64,000 nt of DNA from Spirochaetia bacterium. Its GTDB lineage: Bacteria > Spirochaetota > Spirochaetia > UBA9216. Below, one piece after another: positions 18,641 through 27,399 of the stretch (its first letter is position 1; the number at the start of each line of letters is the position of its first letter). The translations under genes and the position numbers were made by a program. Location of the stretch: NCBI GenBank assembly GCA_965140585.1, contig OZ223269.1, positions 160,001 through 224,000 on the forward strand, in the 5' to 3' direction. Under the pieces are notes generated by a model that was given only the letters and a program-made list of their open reading frames with translations, ran no database searches and was not told where the DNA came from.

Positions 18641-19338
18641 TTGTTGTATTTTACCATGCAGTTGATTCCTGCCTCTTCTACGATAGTTTTCAGCCGGTCA
18701 AGATATACAGCATCTGCAGCATTCAGCCTGGAATAGTCCGGATCAAGAGTGTTCCCGGGTCTGAACCCCTGAATTACAAAATTCTCCTCACCGTTAAGAA
18801 GTTTTACAATTTCTCTGATATCGTCTGAAGTGACAAGCTCCGGTACTGCTGTGGTTCTGAAGTGATGGGCAATTCCGGAGTTTTTGATTATTCCGATTGA
18901 TTCAAGAATCCTGTCCTTGATCTCATTCCTGCTGCCCGTATAGCCCATAACAGCATAGCGTGACGGGGCTGTTTTGATATCCATGGCAATGTAGTCGGCC
19001 TTAAGTGTTTTAAGCTTGTCAGGAAGTGCCCCGTTTGTATCCACTTTAACCTTGTAGCCGAGGGAATGCAGTTCCTCTATCATTTCATCAAGATCGCTGT
19101 GAATCATCGGTTCCCCGCCTGATATACAGACGCCTCCGAGAAGTCCCTGGCGTTTTTTAAGGTATTCGATTATTTCAGACCAGGTAAGAAGGCCTTCTCT
19201 GTCATCTCCGCAGACAAGGCCCGGATTATGACAGTAGGGGCATCTCATATTGCATCCCCGGGTAAAGACTGTTGCTGCAACCTTTCCCGGGTAATCAAGA
19301 AGTGTAGTCCGGGTAAGCCCGAACAGTTTTTCCTGCAT
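18637..19338 (-). CDS. nrdG: Anaerobic ribonucleotide reductase activating enzyme (radical SAM)
   Basis: LLDYPG, GCNMRCPYCHN, SGGEP, KVDTNG; last gene of the nrd operon. Confidence 0.93.
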   Translation of the reverse strand: MQEKLFGLTRTTLLDYPGKVAATVFTRGCNMRCPYCHNPGLVCGDDREGLLTWSEIIEYLKKRQGLLGGVCISGGEPMIHSDLDEMIEELHSLGYKVKVDTNGALPDKLKTLKADYIAMDIKTAPSRYAVMGYTGSRNEIKDRILESIGIIKNSGIAHHFRTTAVPELVTSDDIREIVKLLNGEENFVIQGFRPGNTLDPDYSRLNAADAVYLDRLKTIVEEAGINCMVKYNN

Positions 19339-19341
19339 TTT

Positions 19342-19869
19342 TTAAACTAAAACTTCAGTAAAAAGTGACTTCAGTGAATCAACACTTGTGGCTCTGTAGA
19401 GCTCATTTCCGGATTCATCGATGAAGACAACAGTAGGTGATACAAAAATTCTGTATTTTCCTGCCAGTTCAAATCCTGATTTTTCATCTACATTAACTGT
19501 TTTTCCATTCATGTAGAAACCCTCAAGCCAGTTCTTTACGGGCGGACAGTTGGGACATGTAGTCCTGTAAAAGTAAATATATGAAGAAGGCTGAACTGAT
19601 GTTTCCTGCTGAAGGAAAGATGCGGGGCTCTGATCAGTGTATGTAGCAGTGCTGATAGCGGTTCCGGCGGCTTCTCTCACAGAAGGCTTGTCGGGCTGGG
19701 AAAAAAGTGTTCTGTGGTTGTACTCGTCTCTTTTACCCTTGTTCCAGTTCCTTACAGACCGGTAGTACCCTACAATCCTGGTATACACTTCGGTTTCGGT
19801 TCCCTTAACGGTCTGAAGCTTGTCCTTCAGTGTTCTGATTTCTTTTTCAATAGTCTCAATAGTTTTCAT
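19342..19869 (-). CDS. Stand-alone NrdD glycyl-radical domain fused to a thioredoxin/glutaredoxin-like domain (CPNC), 175 aa
   Basis: TEVYTRIVGYYRSVRNWNKGKRDEY glycyl-radical motif; C-terminal YFYRTTCPNC...VSPTVVF Trx fold; own RBS GGGAG before ATG 19869. Confidence 0.9.
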   Translation of the reverse strand: MKTIETIEKEIRTLKDKLQTVKGTETEVYTRIVGYYRSVRNWNKGKRDEYNHRTLFSQPDKPSVREAAGTAISTATYTDQSPASFLQQETSVQPSSYIYFYRTTCPNCPPVKNWLEGFYMNGKTVNVDEKSGFELAGKYRIFVSPTVVFIDESGNELYRATSVDSLKSLFTEVLV

Positions 19870-19882
19870 AATGTTCTCCCAG

Positions 19883-21997
19883 TTATCTGTTTTCTGCTCC
19901 CAAGAGCGATGATTTTTCTTTCTCAAGCTGTTCAATATTCTTTGCAATTTCCGCTTTTTCCTCATCAGCGCATTTCGGACAGTTGAAATGTTCGCCGTTA
20001 AGGTAGCCGTGCTTCGGACATACCGAAAATGTCGGTGATATTGTGAAGTAGGGCAGGTGGTAGTTGCTTGCGATACCTCTCACAAGGTTCATGCATGATT
20101 CCCAGTCATCAATTGCTTCACCGAGGAATCCGTGGAAAACCGTTCCTCCGGTATACTTAATCTGAAGTTCATCTTGCAGATCGAGTGCTTCAAAGATGTC
20201 GGTTGTAAAATCGACCGGAAGCTGTGAAGAATTGGTGTAGTATGGGTCGTCTGTACCTGCAGTGATGATATCCGGGTATCTCTGCTTGTCATGTTTTGCA
20301 AGACGGTAGCTTGTACTTTCAGCCGGTGTAGCTTCGAGGTTGTAGAGATCGCCTGTTTTTTCCTGATAATCAGCAAGTCTGTCTCTCATGAAATCAAGGA
20401 CCTCAAGTGCAAACTCTTTGCCCTCGGTATCAAGAATATCCTTCCCCATGAAGTTAAGCAGACACTCGTTCATTCCGCAGATACCGATTGTTGAGAAATG
20501 GTTGTTAAGATGTGACAGATAACGCTTTGTATAGGGAAAGAGTCCCGAATCCATCAGTCTGTTTACAACTTTTCTTTTCATTGAAAGCGATTCCGCGGCA
20601 AGATCCATAAGGTGGGCAAGTCTGCTGAAGAAATCGTTTCTTGAATTGGAGAGATATCCTATTTTCGGCAGGTTAATAGTGACAACACCTATCGATCCTG
20701 TGAACTCGTCTGAGCCGAAAAGGCCGCCGCCTCTTTTTCGAAGTTCTCTCTTGTCAAGCTGAAGTCTGCAGCACATTGAACGTACATCACCGGGGTTGAG
20801 ATCTGAATTGATAAAATTCTGAAAGTAGGGCGTACCGTATTTTGCAGTCATTTCAAACAGAAGTTTGGCATTAGGTGATGTCCAGTTGAAATTCTTTGTT
20901 ATGTTGTACGTAGGAATGGGGTATTGGAATCCGCGTCCGTTTGCATCACCGGTAATCATAAGCTCAATGAATGCCTTGTTGATTATATCCATTTCATCCT
21001 GACAGTCGCCGTAGGTGAAATCCATTTCCTTTCCGCCTACGATTGCAGGTTTATCCTTCAGATCGTCGGGTACTATCCAGTCGAGTGTGATGTTTGTAAA
21101 AGGTGCCTGACTTCCCCATCTTGAAGGTGTATTAACTCCGAAGATAAAGCTCTGAAGACCCTGTTTTACTTCCTTGTGTGACAGCTCATCAGCCTTTACA
21201 AAGGGCGCAAGATATGTGTCGAAGCTTGAAAGTGCCTGAGCTCCGGCCCATTCGTTCTGCATGATTCCGAGGAAATTTACTATCTGCTGAATCAGTGTTG
21301 AAAGGTGGGCTGCCGGCAGCGATGTGATCTTGTCCGGTACTCCGCCGAGTCCTTCCTGTATAAGCTGTCTGAGCGACCATCCGGCACAGTAGCCTGAAAA
21401 CATGGATAAATCATGAATATGAAAATCCGCGTTTCTGTGTGCTTCGGCTACTTCTTCCCTGTAGATATTTTTCAGCCAGTAGTTTGCTGTAATTGTACCG
21501 GAGTTATGCAGAATCAGGCCTCCCAGTGAGAAGTTGACGTTTGCGTTTTCATTTACACGCCAGTCAGACTGCTGCAGGTAGCCGTCCATGGTGTTGTTGA
21601 TGTCGAGCATGAGTTTCCTGGTGTCACGGATAACTTCATGTCTGGCACGATAGATTATGTATGCCTTTGCAATATCAACCTGTCCTGATTCAACAAGAAT
21701 GTGCTCTACTATATCCTGAATCTCTTCGATTGCAGGCGCAGAATTTGGGTGTCGTCCCTTCATGAATGATTTTAGCGCTGTTTCAACCCGGCAGGTCAGA
21801 TCTTCCACCAACTCAGGATTTTCAGATTCCTGAGCTGCAGAGACAGCCCTTCCGATTGCGCTTGCGATTTTCCATCTGTCATACTGTTCAATTTTTCCGT
21901 CGCGTTTGACTATTCGCCTTATTACCGCTTCAATTGCAGGCTTGTGTTCAACGCCAAGGAAATCTTTCCAGTCGTTTTCATTTTTACTGAAATCCAA
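19883..21997 (-). CDS. nrdD: Class III ribonucleoside-triphosphate reductase catalytic subunit (ATP cone, barrel, Zn site; lacks C-terminal glycyl-radical motif)
   Basis: IVKRDG ATP cone, HIHDL, GYCAGW, RSMCCRL, EATPAES, YTGGT, CPKH...CPKC; TTG start with G-rich RBS. Confidence 0.95.
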   Translation of the reverse strand: MDFSKNENDWKDFLGVEHKPAIEAVIRRIVKRDGKIEQYDRWKIASAIGRAVSAAQESENPELVEDLTCRVETALKSFMKGRHPNSAPAIEEIQDIVEHILVESGQVDIAKAYIIYRARHEVIRDTRKLMLDINNTMDGYLQQSDWRVNENANVNFSLGGLILHNSGTITANYWLKNIYREEVAEAHRNADFHIHDLSMFSGYCAGWSLRQLIQEGLGGVPDKITSLPAAHLSTLIQQIVNFLGIMQNEWAGAQALSSFDTYLAPFVKADELSHKEVKQGLQSFIFGVNTPSRWGSQAPFTNITLDWIVPDDLKDKPAIVGGKEMDFTYGDCQDEMDIINKAFIELMITGDANGRGFQYPIPTYNITKNFNWTSPNAKLLFEMTAKYGTPYFQNFINSDLNPGDVRSMCCRLQLDKRELRKRGGGLFGSDEFTGSIGVVTINLPKIGYLSNSRNDFFSRLAHLMDLAAESLSMKRKVVNRLMDSGLFPYTKRYLSHLNNHFSTIGICGMNECLLNFMGKDILDTEGKEFALEVLDFMRDRLADYQEKTGDLYNLEATPAESTSYRLAKHDKQRYPDIITAGTDDPYYTNSSQLPVDFTTDIFEALDLQDELQIKYTGGTVFHGFLGEAIDDWESCMNLVRGIASNYHLPYFTISPTFSVCPKHGYLNGEHFNCPKCADEEKAEIAKNIEQLEKEKSSLLGAENR

Positions 21998-22012
21998 TTC
22001 TCCCCCCCGAGT

Positions 22013-22468
22013 TTAGAATTTTAACTTTTTAATTTCATCGACAAACTGCTGAACATCGGCATATTTCCGGTACACTGATGCAAACCTTACATAGGCAACG
22101 CTGTCTATATTGTAGAGTTTTTCCAGTGCAAGTTCTCCGAGTGCTTCAGCTGAAACCTCATGGCTGCTTTTACCCAGCATATAGGCTTCGTCTTCTATCG
22201 ATGTCAGTATTTCTGCAACAGTTTCTGCAGGAACAGGACGTTTTTCCAGAGAGCGTTCCAGACCTCTTGCTATCTTGCTGATATCAAAGGGTTCCCTGAC
22301 TCCGCTCCTTTTAATAACCATCAGCGGCTGTTCCTCGATCCGTTCGTAGGAGGTGAACCTGTATGAACATGACAGACACTCGCGCCTTCTTCGGATTGAA
22401 TTGGCCGTTGCTGACTGTCTTGATTCCAGAACTCTGTCGTTATCTTCTCCGCATCGCGGACATCTCAT
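22013..22468 (-). CDS. nrdR: Transcriptional repressor NrdR
   Basis: MRCPRC, IRRRRECLSCSYRFTSYE, ATP cone, VAYVRFASVY. Confidence 0.96.
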   Translation of the reverse strand: MRCPRCGEDNDRVLESRQSATANSIRRRRECLSCSYRFTSYERIEEQPLMVIKRSGVREPFDISKIARGLERSLEKRPVPAETVAEILTSIEDEAYMLGKSSHEVSAEALGELALEKLYNIDSVAYVRFASVYRKYADVQQFVDEIKKLKF

Positions 22469-22521
22469 TTAAAAATCCTGATCTTTAATAGTACTGTCTG
22501 TTATTATTATCGGAATTTTGT

Positions 22522-22580
22522 CCACTATATATAGTGCGTTATCCAATAGTCTGCCAATTTTATCACGCTATATATTGGGT
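22522..22580. promoter_or_regulatory. Two NrdR boxes
   Basis: CCACTATATATAGTGC (22522-22537) and ACGCTATATATTGGGT (22565-22580) match acaCwAtATaTwGtgt. Confidence 0.85.
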
Positions 22581-22647
22581 GGCAATAGAAATTGTTAAGA
22601 AAATATTAATATATTGTTTGAATTTTAAGAGGGTGTATAAACACTTG

Positions 22648-23355
22648 TTAGTCTGTAAAATCAGAGTCGGAAACAGCGATGGTTCCGGTTGTTGTGAGGT
22701 TGCCGAATATATGAACTATACCTTCGAATACTGTAGTGTATGATACGGATCCGCTGTCCTCGGCTGTTACAGTTGCAGAAAGCCTGTAGTCTGTACCGCT
22801 GTCCCCGGTATAAGTCATTGTGTAGGGAGCAGTTATTATCGATCCCTCTATAAGGGTTGTCGGGCTTGTAAGGCCCTTGTATAGGCTCCAGCTTACACTG
22901 CTTATGCTTAGTGCTGAAGTAACTGCTGATGTATCAAGGCTGATGCTGATATCGCCGATCGTGCTTAGCAGGTCAAGCGTTATGCTTTGCTCGGATGTGG
23001 TCCCGGCGACAACATCCACAGATATCTCCGCAGATTCGGCTACTATTGTATCATCTTCAAGTTCAGCACTTACCTGAATCACCCAGGTACCGTGGCTCAG
23101 AAGAAGCGCTCCTGATGTTCCGGTAAATATCTGATCCTCTTCGGAGACGGCTTCTCCGTTGAAAGAAATAAATGAAACCCTGTACTGCGATATTGCAAGC
23201 TCAGGAGAAATAGTAGCAAATCGGGAAGTCTCACCTGTGTCAACTATGAAATCAAGGCCTATGCCTCCGGGCAGGGCGGATTCACCGCCCATGCATGAGG
23301 CTGAAATAAATATCGTCAATATAATTAGTACTGTGGCCGCAGTTCGTTTAATCAT
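22648..23355 (-). CDS. Hypothetical Ser/Thr-rich beta-sandwich lipoprotein
   Basis: Signal MIKRTAATVLIILTIFISAS-C; acidic, S/T-rich; similar to neighbour. Confidence 0.75.
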   Translation of the reverse strand: MIKRTAATVLIILTIFISASCMGGESALPGGIGLDFIVDTGETSRFATISPELAISQYRVSFISFNGEAVSEEDQIFTGTSGALLLSHGTWVIQVSAELEDDTIVAESAEISVDVVAGTTSEQSITLDLLSTIGDISISLDTSAVTSALSISSVSWSLYKGLTSPTTLIEGSIITAPYTMTYTGDSGTDYRLSATVTAEDSGSVSYTTVFEGIVHIFGNLTTTGTIAVSDSDFTD

Positions 23356-23385
23356 AGCTAAAACAGTTTCTCTAATTACGCTCTG

Positions 23386-24426
23386 CTAGTCAACCACAAT
23401 AAACCTTAGAGTGTCAGAATAGTAGCTGCCGTCGCTCTGTACGTAGACTGTTAGATGATATACGCCGGGAGTCAGTGCTGTAGTATCGATAGTAGTATTG
23501 TTAGTGCCGTCGCTTGCTGACAGATCAAAACCGGTCAGTGACCATATATAATCAGTATATCCACTCTGAACATATGCATTGAAAGTATCAGTGTCGTTAT
23601 CGTAGATCTCATCATCTGGAAGTGCGGTGCTTCCATCTGAGGTGAAGTTTATAGTCTCATCAGCCGGGGTAATAACAGTTAGTGTGATTTCCACGGTGCC
23701 TGTTGTGTCTCCGATGAAGTCTTCATAATCATAGGTTATTGTGCCTGAAGTTACAATATTGTCACGTACCTGGACAGAGACCGGAACAGATAGAACCCCT
23801 GCAGAATGGGTAAGATTGACGGTGAACTGGTAATCACCCGAGGTTATACCGTTTGAATCTAAACCCAGATTGGTATAGGTTACACTTCCGGAACCAATTC
23901 CGGATGTGATAAGTGTTCCGTTTGTTTCTTCTGTACCGGTTGACGTATAGATGAGTGAAGCGGTGGCTGTAATAACTGTTATTCCTGAACTCGCCCAGCT
24001 TACAGTAAGTGAATCAATAAAGCCGGTACTGGATGAGGTTGCAGCAAGTGTTGCAGAAGCTGATGTTGTACTGCCGGTGGTTATGGTGAATGATGCAATT
24101 GTTCCGGAGACTATTGCAACTCCGGCAGCAGTGGGATCCGCATCATAACCTGTCACTGTAGCAGCGTATGAGCCTGGCAGCATTTCTATTCCTGAAGCCG
24201 CTTCAGCTGTTGTGTAGGTGTGAGTGAAATCTTCAGTTCCGGTAAAGACAATAGTTAAATAGGCAACATCTCCCTCAGTAAGTCCATATAAAAGAGTTGT
24301 GCCGCGACTGTTTGAATAATCAAGGTTAAGTTCTAATGTGCCAAGCACTGAAGCCGGCGCTTCAAGAAAACAGGACGAAAGGAATACTATTGTAATAACA
24401 ACGATGATAGATAGTTTTTTTAACAT
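23386..24426 (-). CDS. Hypothetical Ser/Thr-rich beta-sandwich lipoprotein
   Basis: Signal MLKKLSIIVVITIVFLSS-C from ATG 24426 (G-rich RBS); S/T-rich, almost no basic residues in mature part. Confidence 0.75.
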   Translation of the reverse strand: MLKKLSIIVVITIVFLSSCFLEAPASVLGTLELNLDYSNSRGTTLLYGLTEGDVAYLTIVFTGTEDFTHTYTTAEAASGIEMLPGSYAATVTGYDADPTAAGVAIVSGTIASFTITTGSTTSASATLAATSSSTGFIDSLTVSWASSGITVITATASLIYTSTGTEETNGTLITSGIGSGSVTYTNLGLDSNGITSGDYQFTVNLTHSAGVLSVPVSVQVRDNIVTSGTITYDYEDFIGDTTGTVEITLTVITPADETINFTSDGSTALPDDEIYDNDTDTFNAYVQSGYTDYIWSLTGFDLSASDGTNNTTIDTTALTPGVYHLTVYVQSDGSYYSDTLRFIVVD

Positions 24427-24529
24427 GATAAGCCCCCCCTGACTTAGTTTTGATAACAAATAGTATATACCCGGGCAGTGGAGATCAGAAGTATGAGAAT
24501 GAAAGTTTAGATTAAAATACTACTAAAGT

Positions 24530-26161
24530 TTATGCCAATCTAGTAGCAGCCTTCTCAAAGGCTGATGATGCCGGCCGGAAGGGGAATCCCACAATAACTC
24601 CGAGACCGCTGTTTACTGTATTATGAAGAAAGGTTGAGAGCAGTTTCAGGTAAACATCCTTCTTTATACCGCTGCTGTCTCTGAATAGAAGGCCTGCAGT
24701 TCCGAAAGTTTCGACAATGGCTGCTGTCTGTTTGAGAATAACCGGAAACAGGGTATTAAGCAGTTTGATGTATGAGCTTTTATAGCTTTTCTCTTCGTTT
24801 ATAAGCTGAAGAATCTGGCTGTGTTTGTCACGGACGGTTTCGCCTCTGGAATTTTTGCGGTTCGGAATAAAACCGGTGATGATTCCGGCAACTGTTGGTG
24901 ATGAGAGCAGTTTCAGAAGTGAAAAATCAAAGAGCAGAAGGCCTGCTGTGTTTACTATATATGCGCTGTGATTATTCCGCTCATCGTGGAGCCTGGCAAG
25001 CAGTATACTTATTCTTCGATCCACGGCTTTCAGTGCCGAGCTGCTGTTTCCGCTGTAAAACAGACGGTTTTCATTACCCAGACCATCCATGGTCTTCCTC
25101 ACCAGCCCTGCAGTGTTGACCAGGTCGGACATCAGCCCGTCTTCAGAAGTGCGTTTTAGCAGATCTGTCACCGCAGCCCGTTCTCCTTCGGTGAATAGAT
25201 TTATTCCGCCTTCACGGACTGAATTCATGTAGTCACCGGCCGCGGAGCTGAGAACCTTTGTTTCAAGGATTACGTATATATATTCCGAAAGCTTTGCATA
25301 GTATTTCTCTATATCGCTGATGTATGGATTCAGATGGATGAAATGCTTTATAAGTGAACCCGCCTGTGCCGGGAGTTCTGCCGAATAACTAATCTCGTTG
25401 ATTCTTTCCTCCATCAGAAAATCGATCCTTTCACTCATCTGAGCCAGGATGTTTACTGTCAGGGAGGGAGTACTCTGCAGAAGATCCATTGCAGGGTCAT
25501 TCGGGATGAACGCTATATCATTCATTGTAACAGAGTCAAAATCAAAACGATCCTCTTCTGCAACATTGCGGTTATAGTTGCCCGGCAAATCCCCCGGGTC
25601 AAATCCTGCGGTTGTTATACCGCTGTACTTGTTGTGCCAGAGCAGATACTCAATCTCTATACCGCTTTCAACAGCCTTTTTAATATAAGCGCCTGATGCA
25701 GCATGAGATGTCGGTTCATCATTGGTTACGACAATGAGCTTTCTGCTGTGCTTAAGGAAAACAAGGTTTTCCTCATAGAGACTTCCAGCGGGAAGGTCCA
25801 GAATAAGTCTGTCGTATTTGCGTTCAAGAGTTTCTGTGATTTCAAGAAAATTATTATAGAATTCACCGCCGGCTTTTTCGGCTTTACTGTCCGGAAAGAT
25901 AAGATCCAGATTTGGAAGGACATTTATACTGATTCGATCTGAACCGGATTTCTTAAGTACTGCCTCTGATTCATGAATATCCAGCAGGGTGGCTATATCA
26001 GAAAGCGGATCAAGATCAAGCAGTGCGGTCTTCTTTCCGGAACGGGCAAAAAAGACGGCCAGGTTTACACAGGTGGTTGTTTTTCCGACCCCGCCCTTAC
26101 CTGAAGCTACAGCAATTGTTTTTTCTTTAAGTATATCCGCATCTGTTTTTATCTTTTCCAT
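24530..26161 (-). CDS. MinD/FlhG/ParA-family P-loop ATPase with long C-terminal extension
   Basis: Deviant Walker [20 protein letters not shown]; about 300 extra helical residues. Confidence 0.75.
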   Translation of the reverse strand: MEKIKTDADILKEKTIAVASGKGGVGKTTTCVNLAVFFARSGKKTALLDLDPLSDIATLLDIHESEAVLKKSGSDRISINVLPNLDLIFPDSKAEKAGGEFYNNFLEITETLERKYDRLILDLPAGSLYEENLVFLKHSRKLIVVTNDEPTSHAASGAYIKKAVESGIEIEYLLWHNKYSGITTAGFDPGDLPGNYNRNVAEEDRFDFDSVTMNDIAFIPNDPAMDLLQSTPSLTVNILAQMSERIDFLMEERINEISYSAELPAQAGSLIKHFIHLNPYISDIEKYYAKLSEYIYVILETKVLSSAAGDYMNSVREGGINLFTEGERAAVTDLLKRTSEDGLMSDLVNTAGLVRKTMDGLGNENRLFYSGNSSSALKAVDRRISILLARLHDERNNHSAYIVNTAGLLLFDFSLLKLLSSPTVAGIITGFIPNRKNSRGETVRDKHSQILQLINEEKSYKSSYIKLLNTLFPVILKQTAAIVETFGTAGLLFRDSSGIKKDVYLKLLSTFLHNTVNSGLGVIVGFPFRPASSAFEKAATRLA

Positions 26162-26224
26162 AATTCTTTATCGGAAAAGAAAACCGCTTTTTAGAGTGCG
26201 GGTTTTGGATTATAATAACAAAAT

Positions 26225-27391
26225 ATGAAATCATTACCCGGAAAGATCCTTCTGATGTTAATTTTCCCTTCTGCGCTGCTGTTTGCGGCTCCTGATTATG
26301 TTTCTGTGTACAAATCAGCCTCCGAGGCGATGCTTGGGCGGGCTTCTTCAAGAGCCTCCGTTATAAGCGTACCCCTGAATGATTTCGACAGGTCTGAAAC
26401 CCTGCCTGTAAATGGTGAAGATGGTATCAGCACATGTGTCATGATAGATGCCTCTGTAAAGGATGCTGTGGAAGTACTGCTTGAAAAGCGTGATTTTATT
26501 CTTATCGAAGGTTCAGTCATTTCCAGAGAGGCTTCAGGTGATGACTACATATATACCTTTACCTGGGATCAATACGGATTCTCTGTAAAGTTCGGCTTTG
26601 AGCATAATCTCGAAATAATTGAACCGGTGATTAATACCGCATACCCGGATAACTCATATCTTTCCGGGGCTGTTCTCCGGGACTTTTCAGATAACTACAG
26701 TCTGAAAATTTATGAGGCTGAGGATGTTCTGAAACCCTATGACGGCAAGCCGGATTTTATCGAAGCAATGCTTTCGGCAACCGTAATAGGAAGCACCTTC
26801 CAGCCCATGCTTGGTGTGCGTGACGGTCTTGGGGTGCTTAACCAGCTTGGACTTGCGGTATCCAGTTCAGGTGTTCTTGAACATCCTGAACTTTACGAGT
26901 ACAGGAAGTTCCGTCAGGCGGGTGATGAAATATATTCCTTTATTTATCGTATTATGGGCATGGAGGGTGATTTTATAACCAATCTTTTCAATACTGTAAC
27001 CGGAATATCTCTGAAAGAACCCGACGATGGTATTGTAATGCTTCCGGAAGACTTCTATGTTCTCCGTAAGGGGGACAATACTGATTATTCAATGTTTTTC
27101 TATGATATTTTAAAACGTGCCGGTTATGAAGTTAAATTTATAGTCATTGACCCGGGTGAAGAGTCCGGAGCCTTGTACAGCACTGTTTTCTTCCTGGAAG
27201 AGGGGGGGGAGCAATGGGGCCGGATAGACAGCTATAGTCTTGACCGGTATTTCGCTGAACGCTGGAAAAGGCTTCCCGCACTTGTCTTCAGTTCAACAGT
27301 CCGCTATTTTGAGCCTGATACGGATAGAATTTTCCAAAGCGGTATGATTGAGCTTCCTCCCCCGTCCCAGTGGCATACAGCCCTTTACTGA
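26225..27391 (+). CDS. Exported hypothetical protein with C-terminal transglutaminase-like segment
   Basis: Signal peptide; PEDFYVLRKGDNTDYSMFFYDILKRAGY resembles TGase/BTLCP GDCEDYA core without Cys. Confidence 0.55.
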   Translation: MKSLPGKILLMLIFPSALLFAAPDYVSVYKSASEAMLGRASSRASVISVPLNDFDRSETLPVNGEDGISTCVMIDASVKDAVEVLLEKRDFILIEGSVISREASGDDYIYTFTWDQYGFSVKFGFEHNLEIIEPVINTAYPDNSYLSGAVLRDFSDNYSLKIYEAEDVLKPYDGKPDFIEAMLSATVIGSTFQPMLGVRDGLGVLNQLGLAVSSSGVLEHPELYEYRKFRQAGDEIYSFIYRIMGMEGDFITNLFNTVTGISLKEPDDGIVMLPEDFYVLRKGDNTDYSMFFYDILKRAGYEVKFIVIDPGEESGALYSTVFFLEEGGEQWGRIDSYSLDRYFAERWKRLPALVFSSTVRYFEPDTDRIFQSGMIELPPPSQWHTALY

Positions 27392-27399
27392 GGCAGTTC

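Noticed and set aside
19869-19965. nrdD split as a sequencing frameshift or pseudogene; ORF-track start at 19965
   Set aside because: A clean stop, 13-nt gap, well-spaced GGGAG RBS and helical ends on both chains fit two real genes. The 32-aa upstream extension is off-frame nrdD sequence. Not fully excluded without reads.
26180-26206. Inverted repeat AAAACCGC...GCGGGTTTT between divergent genes
   Set aside because: Single imperfect copy with no second instance; operator or terminator role cannot be assigned
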